This document shows positions 52,360 to 60,605 of a DNA stretch of 64,000 bases, piece after piece. This DNA comes from Alphaproteobacteria bacterium UBA1301 (GTDB taxonomy: Bacteria; Pseudomonadota; Alphaproteobacteria; Micropepsales; Micropepsaceae): the NCBI GenBank assembly GCA_002307725.1, contig DBUB01000007.1, positions 136,003-200,002 on the forward strand, given 5' to 3'. The notes beneath the pieces are model-generated. The model was not told the DNA's origin. It searched no databases and was given only the letters and a program-made list of their open reading frames with translations. The position numbers and the translations under genes were made by a program. Position 1 is the stretch's first letter, and every line of letters starts with the position of its first letter.

Positions 52360-54003
52360 GTGAACGAGGTTCGGATCAAATCGCGGCGTCTTGTCGCCAT
52401 CGCATGCTTGCTCGGCATACCTGCGGCCTTTGCCGACGATTCTGCGAGCACGCCGGCCGCTTTTGCCGACGATCCGGCCGCGCTGGTCGCGATTCCGGTC
52501 ACGCCGGTTGAGGTGCGCGAACTGCCCGCCGTCTCGGTCGATGGCTTGCCGAGCGTATCCTCGCTAAACCTCAGTTTGCCGACCTTGGTGGCGAAGGCTC
52601 CCGGCAAAAAAGGCAAAGCGTTCGCGCTCAAATTGTCCCCGCCTGCGGCCTCGACGAGTAACTCGCTCCTGCTTGCCGGTGGCCCGGTGGCGCTCGATCT
52701 CAAGGTTCCGGCCGCGAAAGACCTCTCCAGCGCCGCCTCGTTGAAGCTCAACCTGCCGGACGGCGCGGTGAAGGCGCAGGCCTCGGCCAGTGTCGGCAGA
52801 GAGGATGGCCAGACCGCCTTCTGGCACAAAGACGCCGCCAACCTCGAAGCGCAGATTTCCGGCCCGATGGGCACGGCCCTGAACGTTTCTGGGGAGAACA
52901 AATTATCGCTGACCTATCGCGCGCCAGAAAGCGTCGGCGCCGCGGATGGGCCGGCCCATGTCGTGCGCAGCGAGAGCCAGAGCGGGCAGGCCAGCATGAC
53001 GCTGCCGCTCGCGCCGTTCCAGGTGACGGTCGGCGGCAATTCGACCAGCGAGCACACCCAGGAAGGCGCGCCCGGCAACGCCGCCAGCTTCACCCAGTCC
53101 GCTGTCCGCACTGCCGATCACACTGCTTATGTTGATGTCGAATGGCAGCCGCTTGCGGGCGTGCAGCTCAAGGGCGGCACCGCGGCGCGGGTCGCCAACA
53201 TCAGTTGGCAGGATGCCCATTCGAGTTCCTACCGCTCGGTCAATCCGCACCTGACCGCAACCGTCACGCCGTTCCGCGATACGACCGTGACCGCCAAAGT
53301 CGAGCAGGTCGTGGCGCCGTTCGATGCTGCCGCTTTCGCCAATTACACCAAAGCCGACAGCGCGGCTAACGCCTCCGGCTTCCAGCCCGATCACGCCTGG
53401 CAGCTTCAGACCCGTGTCGAGCAGCGCGTCGGTCCCGCCAGCGTTTCGGCCACCTATACGAAGGCGCGCCAAGGCACCGTTACCGAGTTCGCCGAGGTTG
53501 AAGGTGTGCAGGCGCCCGCGACCACCCCGCTTTTGGGACGCGACAGCGTCGCGGTGGCGGTGAACCTGCCGCTTGCGGCAGTTGGTCTGCCGCACACGGA
53601 TTTGACCTCCGAGGCGACATGGCAGTCCTCGCGGGTGGTCGATCCGGTTACGTTTGAAACACGCGCCGCTTCGGGGGAGCCGGCGCAGAAGGTTTCGCTG
53701 CGTCTGGCACACAGCCTTCCGTCACACAATCTGAGCATCGGCGTTACCGGAGAATTCACCGGCGAGCGCACCTCCTATCAGGTGAAAGAGCTGTCGACGA
53801 CGGCGGCGAGCGGGTCGGTGGGGGCGTTTGTCTCCTACAAGCCCGGTGCTTACGAAGTCGATCTCAATGTGAGCGGCCTTTATGGGTCTTCGACGCGCGA
53901 CGACTTCTACCACGGCACCCGCGGTGCCTCACTGATCGACCGCTCCAGCGTGCAGGACAATTCCGGCCCGACGCTGAAGCTCGAGCTGAAAAGGCCGTTC
54001 TGA
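52360..54003 (+). CDS. hypothetical outer-membrane beta-barrel protein
   Basis: 547 aa with a GTG start. Signal peptide ...ACLLGIPAAFA, alternating beta-strand-like sequence, and C-terminal ...LKLELKRPF (terminal Phe). Confidence 0.6.
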   Translation: MNEVRIKSRRLVAIACLLGIPAAFADDSASTPAAFADDPAALVAIPVTPVEVRELPAVSVDGLPSVSSLNLSLPTLVAKAPGKKGKAFALKLSPPAASTSNSLLLAGGPVALDLKVPAAKDLSSAASLKLNLPDGAVKAQASASVGREDGQTAFWHKDAANLEAQISGPMGTALNVSGENKLSLTYRAPESVGAADGPAHVVRSESQSGQASMTLPLAPFQVTVGGNSTSEHTQEGAPGNAASFTQSAVRTADHTAYVDVEWQPLAGVQLKGGTAARVANISWQDAHSSSYRSVNPHLTATVTPFRDTTVTAKVEQVVAPFDAAAFANYTKADSAANASGFQPDHAWQLQTRVEQRVGPASVSATYTKARQGTVTEFAEVEGVQAPATTPLLGRDSVAVAVNLPLAAVGLPHTDLTSEATWQSSRVVDPVTFETRAASGEPAQKVSLRLAHSLPSHNLSIGVTGEFTGERTSYQVKELSTTAASGSVGAFVSYKPGAYEVDLNVSGLYGSSTRDDFYHGTRGASLIDRSSVQDNSGPTLKLELKRPF

Positions 54004-54038
54004 ACTACGGCACGAAGATATCTTGCACCTCCTGATGA

Positions 54039-54067
54039 CAAAAAAGGCCCCGGATCGCTCCGGGGCC
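54039..54067 (-). terminator. Rho-independent terminator of the 54086..55003 gene
   Basis: Minus strand: ggccccgga-gcga-tccggggcc followed by ttttttg. Confidence 0.75.
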
Positions 54068-54085
54068 TCGTCAGGAATCCCAGCC

Positions 54086-55003
54086 TTAGCGGCGGGCGAA
54101 GAGTTCGATCGTCACGCGATAACCGTTCACCGCATGGCAGCGCAGATAGACCTTGGACAGACTCCGATCCGAGCCCGGCAGGTCGTAGAAGTTCATCCGC
54201 CCGCGCTCCAACGTACGGCCATCGGCCAGCTTCACTTTGCGGCCGCCATCGAAGGTCGCGACGATACTGCCGCATTGCACGTCGTTTTCGAGCGGACGCA
54301 AGGCCAGCTTGTCGACATGGCGTCCGCCAAAGCCGGTAAAGTTGCTTTCCTTGTCATTGCGGCCTTCGAAGCTCATTGAGCCGAGCGAGACGAAATCGCC
54401 GCCAGGGCCACCCATCGGCCCATGACCCATGCCGGGGCCGCCACGACCGTCCATATCGCCGTGACCGCCCATCGGGCCAGGGCCCGCCATGGAGCCGGGA
54501 CCGCCCACCGGGCCGCGCGGGCCAGGGCCACTCATCGTGCCGGGAGCATCGGGACCGCGGCCGCCGCCGAGCAGGCCGGACCAAGTGCGATCCCAATCGC
54601 GATCGCGCCGCCATTCATCGCGGAAGTGACCGACCTCGGCTTCGATGAAGATGCGGCCGCCGCGGAATTCGTTGGAACGGCAAGCGAAGTTGATGCTGTC
54701 GACCTTGCGGGCGCGGCCCCTGAGATCGACTTCCACCGGCTGGCGCTCGTCGAGCCGGCCCGAGAAGACATTCTGGCGCTCGCCGTTTTCGTAACGCACC
54801 ACCACGGCGCGGCAGAAGATGTCGCTCCGGCTGGCCATCAGGCGCAGGTTTTCCAGCCGGCCGCCAAAGCGCGAATAGGCGGTATCGTTGTCGGCGCGAT
54901 AACCAACATCGACACTGCCCAGGCGCACGTAATCGGCTGCCGCCGGTGCTGCGAATACGGCAGCAAACACCGCCGCCCCAAGCAGCGTGTTCACAGTTTT
55001 CAT
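54086..55003 (-). CDS. secreted protein with an internally duplicated domain joined by a Gly/Pro/Met/His-rich linker
   Basis: 305 aa. Signal peptide MKTVNTLLGAAVFAAVFAAPAAA. The N-terminal domain (YVRLGSVDVGYRADND...INFACRS) and C-terminal domain (FVSLGSMSFEGRNDKE...VYLRCHA) are alignable. Linker: GPGPRGPVGGPGSMAGPGPMGGHGDMDGRGGPGMGHGPMGGPGG. Confidence 0.65.
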   Translation of the reverse strand: MKTVNTLLGAAVFAAVFAAPAAADYVRLGSVDVGYRADNDTAYSRFGGRLENLRLMASRSDIFCRAVVVRYENGERQNVFSGRLDERQPVEVDLRGRARKVDSINFACRSNEFRGGRIFIEAEVGHFRDEWRRDRDWDRTWSGLLGGGRGPDAPGTMSGPGPRGPVGGPGSMAGPGPMGGHGDMDGRGGPGMGHGPMGGPGGDFVSLGSMSFEGRNDKESNFTGFGGRHVDKLALRPLENDVQCGSIVATFDGGRKVKLADGRTLERGRMNFYDLPGSDRSLSKVYLRCHAVNGYRVTIELFARR

Positions 55004-55365
55004 AGGCTTCCCTCCAGGTTCACTTTTGCGAATGGCGGATCATGTAGCAGTCTGTCGCAATTTCGAGAAGTTTCATGACAACCGCAATCAATCATTATCT
55101 ATTTGCGTCTGCGTCGCAAGAGCATTTTCCTTCCGTTTTTCGCTGCTGCGACCGCTGTGGCGGCAGCGGGACAAATATGAACACAGCGTATACGGACGAA
55201 CGTTCTGAGAGCAGTAAACGTTGCCATGCGCGCGGGGCGCGAATTCGCCCGCACAAAATATAAGTGCCACCATCTTCTCATAGAGGTGAAACGTCGGGAG
55301 CTGTTCAGTTTTGGGAAACTGCGGCGGCCTTAGGTTGTGCTGCGGAATCTGCAGGACTTCTGGCT

Positions 55366-57102
55366 ATGTCGCGTCTCGGGTTGAAGTCGATTGCGAGCAA
55401 GGCGCTCGCCGTGGTGGTAGCTCTGATCGTCTTGAGTGTCGTCGCCACGACGGTGTTTCTCTTGAACCACTTCAGCACCGTGCTTGGAACCGAGCGACTG
55501 GCGCAAAACCTTTCGGCCGCCGAGATGATCGTCAACCCGGCTCACGCGGCGTTCAGCGTTGAAGACGGCAAGCTGAAACTCGGCGACCGCGTGCTCAACG
55601 GCGACACCAAGAGCGTCGATGCGGTGTCGAGCGCATTCGGTGGCGTGGCGACGATCTTCCTCGGCGATACGCGCATCGCAACCAATGTGAAGAAAGCCGA
55701 CGGCACCCGCGCGCTCGGCACCAAGCTCACCGCCGGACCGGTCTACGACGCGGTACTGAGCGGCGGCAAAGAGTATCTCGGCGCCGCCAAGATCCTCGGC
55801 GCGAATTATGTCACCGCCTACAAGCCGATCAAAGACGTGGCCGGTCAGACCGTCGGCATTCTGTTCGTCGGGTTCAAAGCGTCGGAGTTCAATCGCCAGT
55901 TCGCCAACGCCGTCGAAGCGGCGGTCATCGCCGGACTGGTGCTCGCGCTTCTTTGCGGCGGCATCGGCTGGTTCGTGTTCTCGCGTCTGTTCGCGCCGTT
56001 TCACCCCTTGTCGCATTTGATGGAGGAGGCGCGGGCAGGCCGCTACACCAAGGATGTACCCTATACCGACCGCTCCGACGAATTCGGCGAGCTGGCGCGG
56101 GTCATCGAGATGTTCAACCAATCGGTGGAGGAGCGCCGGGCCCAGCGCGCCGCTAATATCGAGCATGTGGTGTCGACCTTCGGCGAAGCGCTGGACGCGC
56201 TGGCGAAGCGCGATCTCTCCTATCGGCTGCGGAAAGATGTTCCCGCGGAGTACCGGCTCCTCAAGGAGAATTTCAATCGCGCTGCTGAACTGCTCGACGC
56301 TGCGATGGGCGACATCAATCAGCGGGCCGGCGATATCGCGGGCGCCTCAGGCGAGATTCACAGCGCTGCCCAACAAATGGCCCAACGCACCGAACGCGAA
56401 GCGGCCGCGATCGAACAGACGTCGGCGGCCGTTAACGAACTCAGCCAGGCGGTGACCCGCTCCGCCGCTGGCGCCAACCAGGCCAACAGCGCCGCCGCGA
56501 CCGCCAAAACCGACGCGAGCGCCGGCAGCGAGATTGCCAAGAATGCGGTGGAAGCGATCCGTGCCATCGCGCAGTCGTCCGGTGAGATCACCCAGATCAT
56601 CGGCGTCATTAACGAGATCGCATTCCAGACCAATCTGCTGGCCCTCAATGCCGGTGTGGAAGCGGCGCGCGCCGGTGACGCCGGTCGCGGTTTTGCTGTG
56701 GTGGCGAGCGAAGTGCGCTCGCTGGCGCAACGCTCCGGCGAGGCCGCCAAGCAGATTCGCCAGATCATCACCCGCAGCGAAGAGCAAGTCGAAACCGGCG
56801 TGAAGCTGGTGGAAGACAGCGGCGTCGCGTTCGGACGGATCGTCAGCGAGATCGGCGAGGTTTATGATCTCGTCACCAGCATTTCAGCGGCGCAGAACGA
56901 GCAGGCCACCGCACTGAAGGAGATCGACAGCGCTATTCAGCAGATGGACCAAACGACCCAGCAGAATGCCGCGATGGCCGAAGAAAGCTGCGCCGCTAGT
57001 GACGGCATGGCCAGCCACGCCCGCGAGCTGGAAAGCGGTGTCGCGCAATTTGACGTGACGGGAACGCAGGAAAGGCCCACGCGCCTGTCCCACGCCGCCT
57101 GA
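55366..57102 (+). CDS. methyl-accepting chemotaxis protein (periplasmic Cache-like sensor, HAMP, MCP signalling domain)
   Basis: ORF 55264..57102 trimmed to MSRLGLKSIASKAL (TM1). The periplasmic region contains the TIFLGDTRIATNV...YVTAYKPI Cache-type motif. HAMP, then the highly conserved EIAFQTNLLALNAGVEAARAGDAGRGFAVVASEVRSLAQRS. Confidence 0.9.
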   Translation: MSRLGLKSIASKALAVVVALIVLSVVATTVFLLNHFSTVLGTERLAQNLSAAEMIVNPAHAAFSVEDGKLKLGDRVLNGDTKSVDAVSSAFGGVATIFLGDTRIATNVKKADGTRALGTKLTAGPVYDAVLSGGKEYLGAAKILGANYVTAYKPIKDVAGQTVGILFVGFKASEFNRQFANAVEAAVIAGLVLALLCGGIGWFVFSRLFAPFHPLSHLMEEARAGRYTKDVPYTDRSDEFGELARVIEMFNQSVEERRAQRAANIEHVVSTFGEALDALAKRDLSYRLRKDVPAEYRLLKENFNRAAELLDAAMGDINQRAGDIAGASGEIHSAAQQMAQRTEREAAAIEQTSAAVNELSQAVTRSAAGANQANSAAATAKTDASAGSEIAKNAVEAIRAIAQSSGEITQIIGVINEIAFQTNLLALNAGVEAARAGDAGRGFAVVASEVRSLAQRSGEAAKQIRQIITRSEEQVETGVKLVEDSGVAFGRIVSEIGEVYDLVTSISAAQNEQATALKEIDSAIQQMDQTTQQNAAMAEESCAASDGMASHARELESGVAQFDVTGTQERPTRLSHAA

Positions 57103-57173
57103 TTTTTCCGTGGCCAAATTCCGGCGGGCGCGATACACCGCCCCGGCTGTCTTTGCTGCTGGAGAGCGTGGTT

Positions 57174-57932
57174 ATGTCCGCCAAATATTCGCGTATTGCT
57201 ATCGTTACGGGTGCCACCTCGGGCATCGGCGAGGCGACCGTCCGCCGCTTTGCCGCGGAGGGAATCGCGGTCGTCGGCAATGGGCGCACGGCCGAAAAGC
57301 TCGTCAGCCTGGAGAATGACCTTTGGCCGTTGTTCCGCGGCGTGGCGGGCGATGCGGCCAAGCCGGAGGTGATCGAGGAGATGTTTACCAGCGCCGAAGC
57401 GGCGTTTGGCCCTGCCGACATCGTGGTGGCCAACGCGGGGCGCGGCCTCGGCGGCTCGGTTGCGACCGGCGACACCACCCGGATGGCCGAGATTTTTGAG
57501 CTCAATGTGTTGGGCGCGCTCGGTTTGATGCGGGCGGCGGCGACCCGCATGGTGCCGCGGCAGGAAAAGGGCTTTCCCAAGAGCGCGCAAGACATCGTCG
57601 TGCTCGGTTCCGTGGTCGGCCGTAATATCTCGCCGTTCAGCGGGCTTTACGGTGCCACCAAGCATGCGGTGCATTCGCTGGTCGAGGCGCTGCGGCGCGA
57701 AATCGGACCCAAGGGTGTGCGGGTGACGCTGGTAGAGCCGGGCTTCGTGCTCTCCGGCTTCCAGGATGGCGCCGGCTACTCGACCGAGATGGTCGATGGC
57801 TTCAAGACGCGGCTGGGGCCATTGCTTATCGGCGCCGACATCGCCGATGCGATCCATTACGTCATCAGCCGCCCGCCGCATGTCCATGTCGGCGATATCG
57901 TGATCCGTCCGACCCGGCAGGATTACCCCTGA
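57174..57932 (+). CDS. SDR family oxidoreductase
   Basis: ORF trimmed to MSAKYSRIAIVTGATSGIGEA (TGxxxGxG). The catalytic YGATK region is present. Confidence 0.85.
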   Translation: MSAKYSRIAIVTGATSGIGEATVRRFAAEGIAVVGNGRTAEKLVSLENDLWPLFRGVAGDAAKPEVIEEMFTSAEAAFGPADIVVANAGRGLGGSVATGDTTRMAEIFELNVLGALGLMRAAATRMVPRQEKGFPKSAQDIVVLGSVVGRNISPFSGLYGATKHAVHSLVEALRREIGPKGVRVTLVEPGFVLSGFQDGAGYSTEMVDGFKTRLGPLLIGADIADAIHYVISRPPHVHVGDIVIRPTRQDYP

Positions 57933-58014
57933 CGGCACCGCGGCGGCGGGTGCTTGGCTCAGGGGCAGGAATAGCCTATCAACCCGCCCCTGAAATCCCG
58001 AAGGGGCCCGTTTT

Positions 58015-58278
58015 ATGACCGATCTGCCCGATCACCTTAGCGCCAATCCCAAAAGCCCGTTTTACAACGAGGCGCTGCTCGAAGCGGGCGTCGGCATCAA
58101 GTTCAACGGCGCTGAGAAGACCAACGTCGAAGAGTATTGCGTCAGCGAAGGCTGGATCCGGGTCGTCGCCGGCAAAAGCGTCGACCGCCATGGCAACCCG
58201 ATGACGATCAAACTGAAGGGGACCGTCGAGCCCTACCACAAACCACCGCCGGGCGCCGACCAACCGCCGACCGAATAA
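58015..58278 (+). CDS. DUF3297 family protein
   Basis: 87 aa. PDHLSANPKSPFYNEALLEAGVGIKFNG...EYCVSEGWIRV is typical of DUF3297. Confidence 0.75.
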   Translation: MTDLPDHLSANPKSPFYNEALLEAGVGIKFNGAEKTNVEEYCVSEGWIRVVAGKSVDRHGNPMTIKLKGTVEPYHKPPPGADQPPTE

Positions 58279-58739
58279 CGCGTCCCTTTAAATACGCAAA
58301 AAGGCGGTTCCGTCTTCCGGCGCCGCCTCTTTCAAAAGCCTTGGCGCACGGCACGCTCCTTCGAGCGCAACGACGGCACCGCCGCTTCCTCCCTCGGCTA
58401 CCTGGGCGATGGCATACGGCGAACCGGCCGAGCGCCTCGGCCCATAATCCTGTCCATCATCCCACGGATGCGCGCGCGGCATCCTTCACCGATATGACGT
58501 TGCGCACATAATTCACTTCTCGGCCGCGGCCCCCAATGCGTTGGGGAATCGCGCGTCTTTGCTTGGGCAGCACTCCATCAACAACACGGGATCGAGATGG
58601 GATGCAGCGCTTACGATTTCAAGAGGGTGCGACAATCGCTACGCTATTAAGGGCGAGGTGCAATCGCAAGTGTTGTTCATGTACATGAACAGAATTGGTA
58701 AAGGGTGGCGCGGGGAAGACGATGGGCGCGCCCGTTAGC

Positions 58740-59021
58740 TCACACCACCGCGGCGTCGCGGAGCAATCCTGCGTCGGCCATTTCGGCATACAGGGCGTTC
58801 GGCGCGAGGTCGTAGCCGTTCGGCCAAGTGGGGGCGCCGAATTCGATGAAGACACGGGCGAAATAGGCGGGATCGCAGAGCGGTTCGAGCATTGGCCCGC
58901 CCGCAGCGACGATGTCGGCGAAATCACGCTCGCCGAAACGGCCGTCCGAAAAGCTGAGGCGCAACCGATGGCCGCCCTCGGCTTCGACTTTTGTCACTTT
59001 GATCAGCGTCAGTTCAGTCAT
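58740..59021 (-). CDS. DUF2442 domain-containing protein
   Basis: 93 aa. VTKVEAEGGHRLRLSFSDGRFGERDF...WPNGYDLAPNALY matches DUF2442. Overlaps the upstream DUF4160 gene by 8 nt. Confidence 0.75.
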   Translation of the reverse strand: MTELTLIKVTKVEAEGGHRLRLSFSDGRFGERDFADIVAAGGPMLEPLCDPAYFARVFIEFGAPTWPNGYDLAPNALYAEMADAGLLRDAAVV

Positions 59022-59280
59022 CCTGCAAACCCGGGATGCGTTCGAGGGGTAGGCTCATTTGTGAGCGCGTCCAATTTTCCCGCAACTCCGGCCGACGCGC
59101 AAGCACCCATTCCTTGACCAGCCGCGTGGCGATTTTTGGCAAGTGCCCGGCCAGAATTTCCCCGGTTTCGATAGCGACGAACGCTTCGTGCTCGCCGTAG
59201 ACGGCGTGGAAATGCGGCGGCGCGTGGTCGCGAAAATACATCCGGATCACGATGCCATAGAAGAACGAGATCGTCGGCAT
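59014..59280 (-). CDS. DUF4160 domain-containing protein
   Basis: 88 aa. MPTISFFYGIVIRMYFRDHAPPHFHAVYGEHEA is the DUF4160 signature. Confidence 0.8.
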   Translation of the reverse strand: MPTISFFYGIVIRMYFRDHAPPHFHAVYGEHEAFVAIETGEILAGHLPKIATRLVKEWVLARRPELRENWTRSQMSLPLERIPGLQDD

Positions 59281-59337
59281 GACTGGCCCCGCAATGGCCC
59301 TACGATAACGGCGATGGATGGTAAACGAAAGGGTGGC

Positions 59338-59631
59338 TTACTTCTTTGCCCGCCGCTGCTTCAGCAGTTCCCGCCCGCGCTTCATGATTTCTTCGGCGTC
59401 AAACGGTTCCGTCCGTCCCGCGGCGATGTCGTCTAGCCCCTTCTGAAGGTCCGCCCGCAGCGCAGCCAACTCCTGCATTTGCACCGCGCGCTTCATCTTC
59501 CAATCGCGCAGCGCTTCGCGGATCACTTCGCTCGACGAGGCATAATTGCCCTCATCGACAGCCTCCCGCACGGAGGCCGCCATCTCGGCGGGCAGGGTAA
59601 TGGTCAAGCGTTCGATCTCAGACATGATCAT
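59338..59631 (-). CDS. ParD-family (RHH) antitoxin-like protein, no ParE partner
   Basis: 97 aa. ERLTITLPAEMAASVREAVDEGNYASSSEVIREALRDW (RHH), then a helical tail. The next gene on the same strand, 57 nt downstream, is DUF4160, not a ParE. Confidence 0.8.
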   Translation of the reverse strand: MIMSEIERLTITLPAEMAASVREAVDEGNYASSSEVIREALRDWKMKRAVQMQELAALRADLQKGLDDIAAGRTEPFDAEEIMKRGRELLKQRRAKK

Positions 59632-59644
59632 ACTATATCATACT
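59627..59644. promoter_or_regulatory. tandem direct repeat ATCATACT-N2-ATCATACT at the parD-like start (candidate operator / -10-like TATGAT on the minus strand)
   Basis: Two exact 8-mers with 10-bp periodicity that overlap or adjoin the start codon. Confidence 0.4.
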
Positions 59645-59768
59645 TGGTAGCAGCAGGCAATTTCGAATTCGGTCCGGTTCGGCGCCTCCCTTTCTGCCCC
59701 CGCTTGCGGGGGAAGTGGCCGGTGGCGCGCAGCGGCGCCGGACGAAAGGGGGCTGCGTTGCACTCGCT

Positions 59769-59792
59769 GGTAAGACGTCTTACATTCTTACC
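59769..59792. promoter_or_regulatory. palindromic operator-like site GGTAAGACGTCTTAC-N3-CTTACC upstream of mazE
   Basis: Perfect 14-bp palindrome GTAAGACGTCTTAC (59770-59783) plus a third CTTACC half-site, 20-45 nt upstream of the mazE-like ATG. Confidence 0.5.
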
Positions 59793-59812
59793 GTCGCACT
59801 GCGAGGCCGACC

Positions 59813-60034
59813 ATGACTGCGCCGTTGTCGAAGATCACCTCGAAGTCGCAAACCGTCATCCCCAAGGCGGTGCGCGAGAAGCTGGGGCTGAAGCCCGGCG
59901 ATCTCTTGCGCTATGTGTTCGACGGCAAGCGCGTGGTGATCGAAAAGGCGCGCACGGAGGCGGAAGACGATCCGTTTGCCACCTTCGGCGAATGGGCGGG
60001 CAAGGCCGACGAAAAAGCCTATCGTGGCCTTTGA
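59813..60034 (+). CDS. mazE: AbrB/MazE/SpoVT-family antitoxin
   Basis: 73 aa. SKSQTVIPKAVREKLGLKPGDLLRYVFDGKRVVIEK is the swapped-hairpin AbrB fold, with an acidic tail. Confidence 0.8.
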   Translation: MTAPLSKITSKSQTVIPKAVREKLGLKPGDLLRYVFDGKRVVIEKARTEAEDDPFATFGEWAGKADEKAYRGL

Positions 60035-60035
60035 C

Positions 60036-60374
60036 ATGGACTACGCATCCTTCGACATCGTCGTCGTGCCATTTCCTTATGCCGACCGTCTGGCGGAAAA
60101 GCGCCGCCCGGCTTTGGTGGTCAGCGCACCCGCGCTGCAAAAAAGCTACGGGCTGGTCTGGCTGATGATGATCACCAGCGCCGACAATCCCGCCTGGGAT
60201 GGCGACGTCGCGATTTCCGATTTGAAGCTGGCGGGACTTCCTGCGCCCTCCGTCGTCCGCCCCGCCAAGATCGCCACCGTCGATGCCACCCGCATCCTGC
60301 GCCGGATCGGCAAACTGGCGGCAAAGGATGCGAGGCGGGTGAAGGACTTTTTGCGCGGGTCGCTGGCGGGGTAG
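60036..60374 (+). CDS. mazF: PemK/MazF-family toxin
   Basis: ORF 59976..60374 trimmed to MDYASFDIVVVPFPYADRLAEKRRPALVVS...SVVRPAKIATVD (MazF/PemK core). The ATG is 1 nt after the mazE stop. Confidence 0.8.
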   Translation: MDYASFDIVVVPFPYADRLAEKRRPALVVSAPALQKSYGLVWLMMITSADNPAWDGDVAISDLKLAGLPAPSVVRPAKIATVDATRILRRIGKLAAKDARRVKDFLRGSLAG

Positions 60375-60414
60375 GAATGTCGCGGAGAAAGTCCAGCCGT
60401 AGGCCGGAACGGGG

Positions 60415-60598
60415 CTCACTTCTTTGCCCGCCGCTGCTTCAGCAGTTCTCGTCCGCGCTTCATGACCTTTTCGACGTCAAACGGCGCCGTCCGCCCCGCA
60501 GCGATGTCGTCCAGCCCCGTCTGAAGGTCCGCCCTGATCTGGTCGATGCGCGCAGCGTACGATGCTCTTGTGTTCCATCGTTTTTCCCCCCCATTTCT
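60415..60598 (-). pseudogene. 5'-truncated second copy of the ParD-family gene (C-terminal ~55 codons only)
   Basis: Frame reads (stop)RNGGEKRWNTRASYAARIDQIRADLQTGLDDIAAGRTAPFDVEKVMKRGRELLKQRRAKK(stop). Compare the intact copy: DWKMKRAVQMQELAALRADLQKGLDDIAAGRTEPFDAEEIMKRGRELLKQRRAKK. There is no start codon or RHH domain. About 89 % nt identity to 59338-59460 by eye. Confidence 0.75.
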
Positions 60599-60605
60599 CT
60601 AGCGC

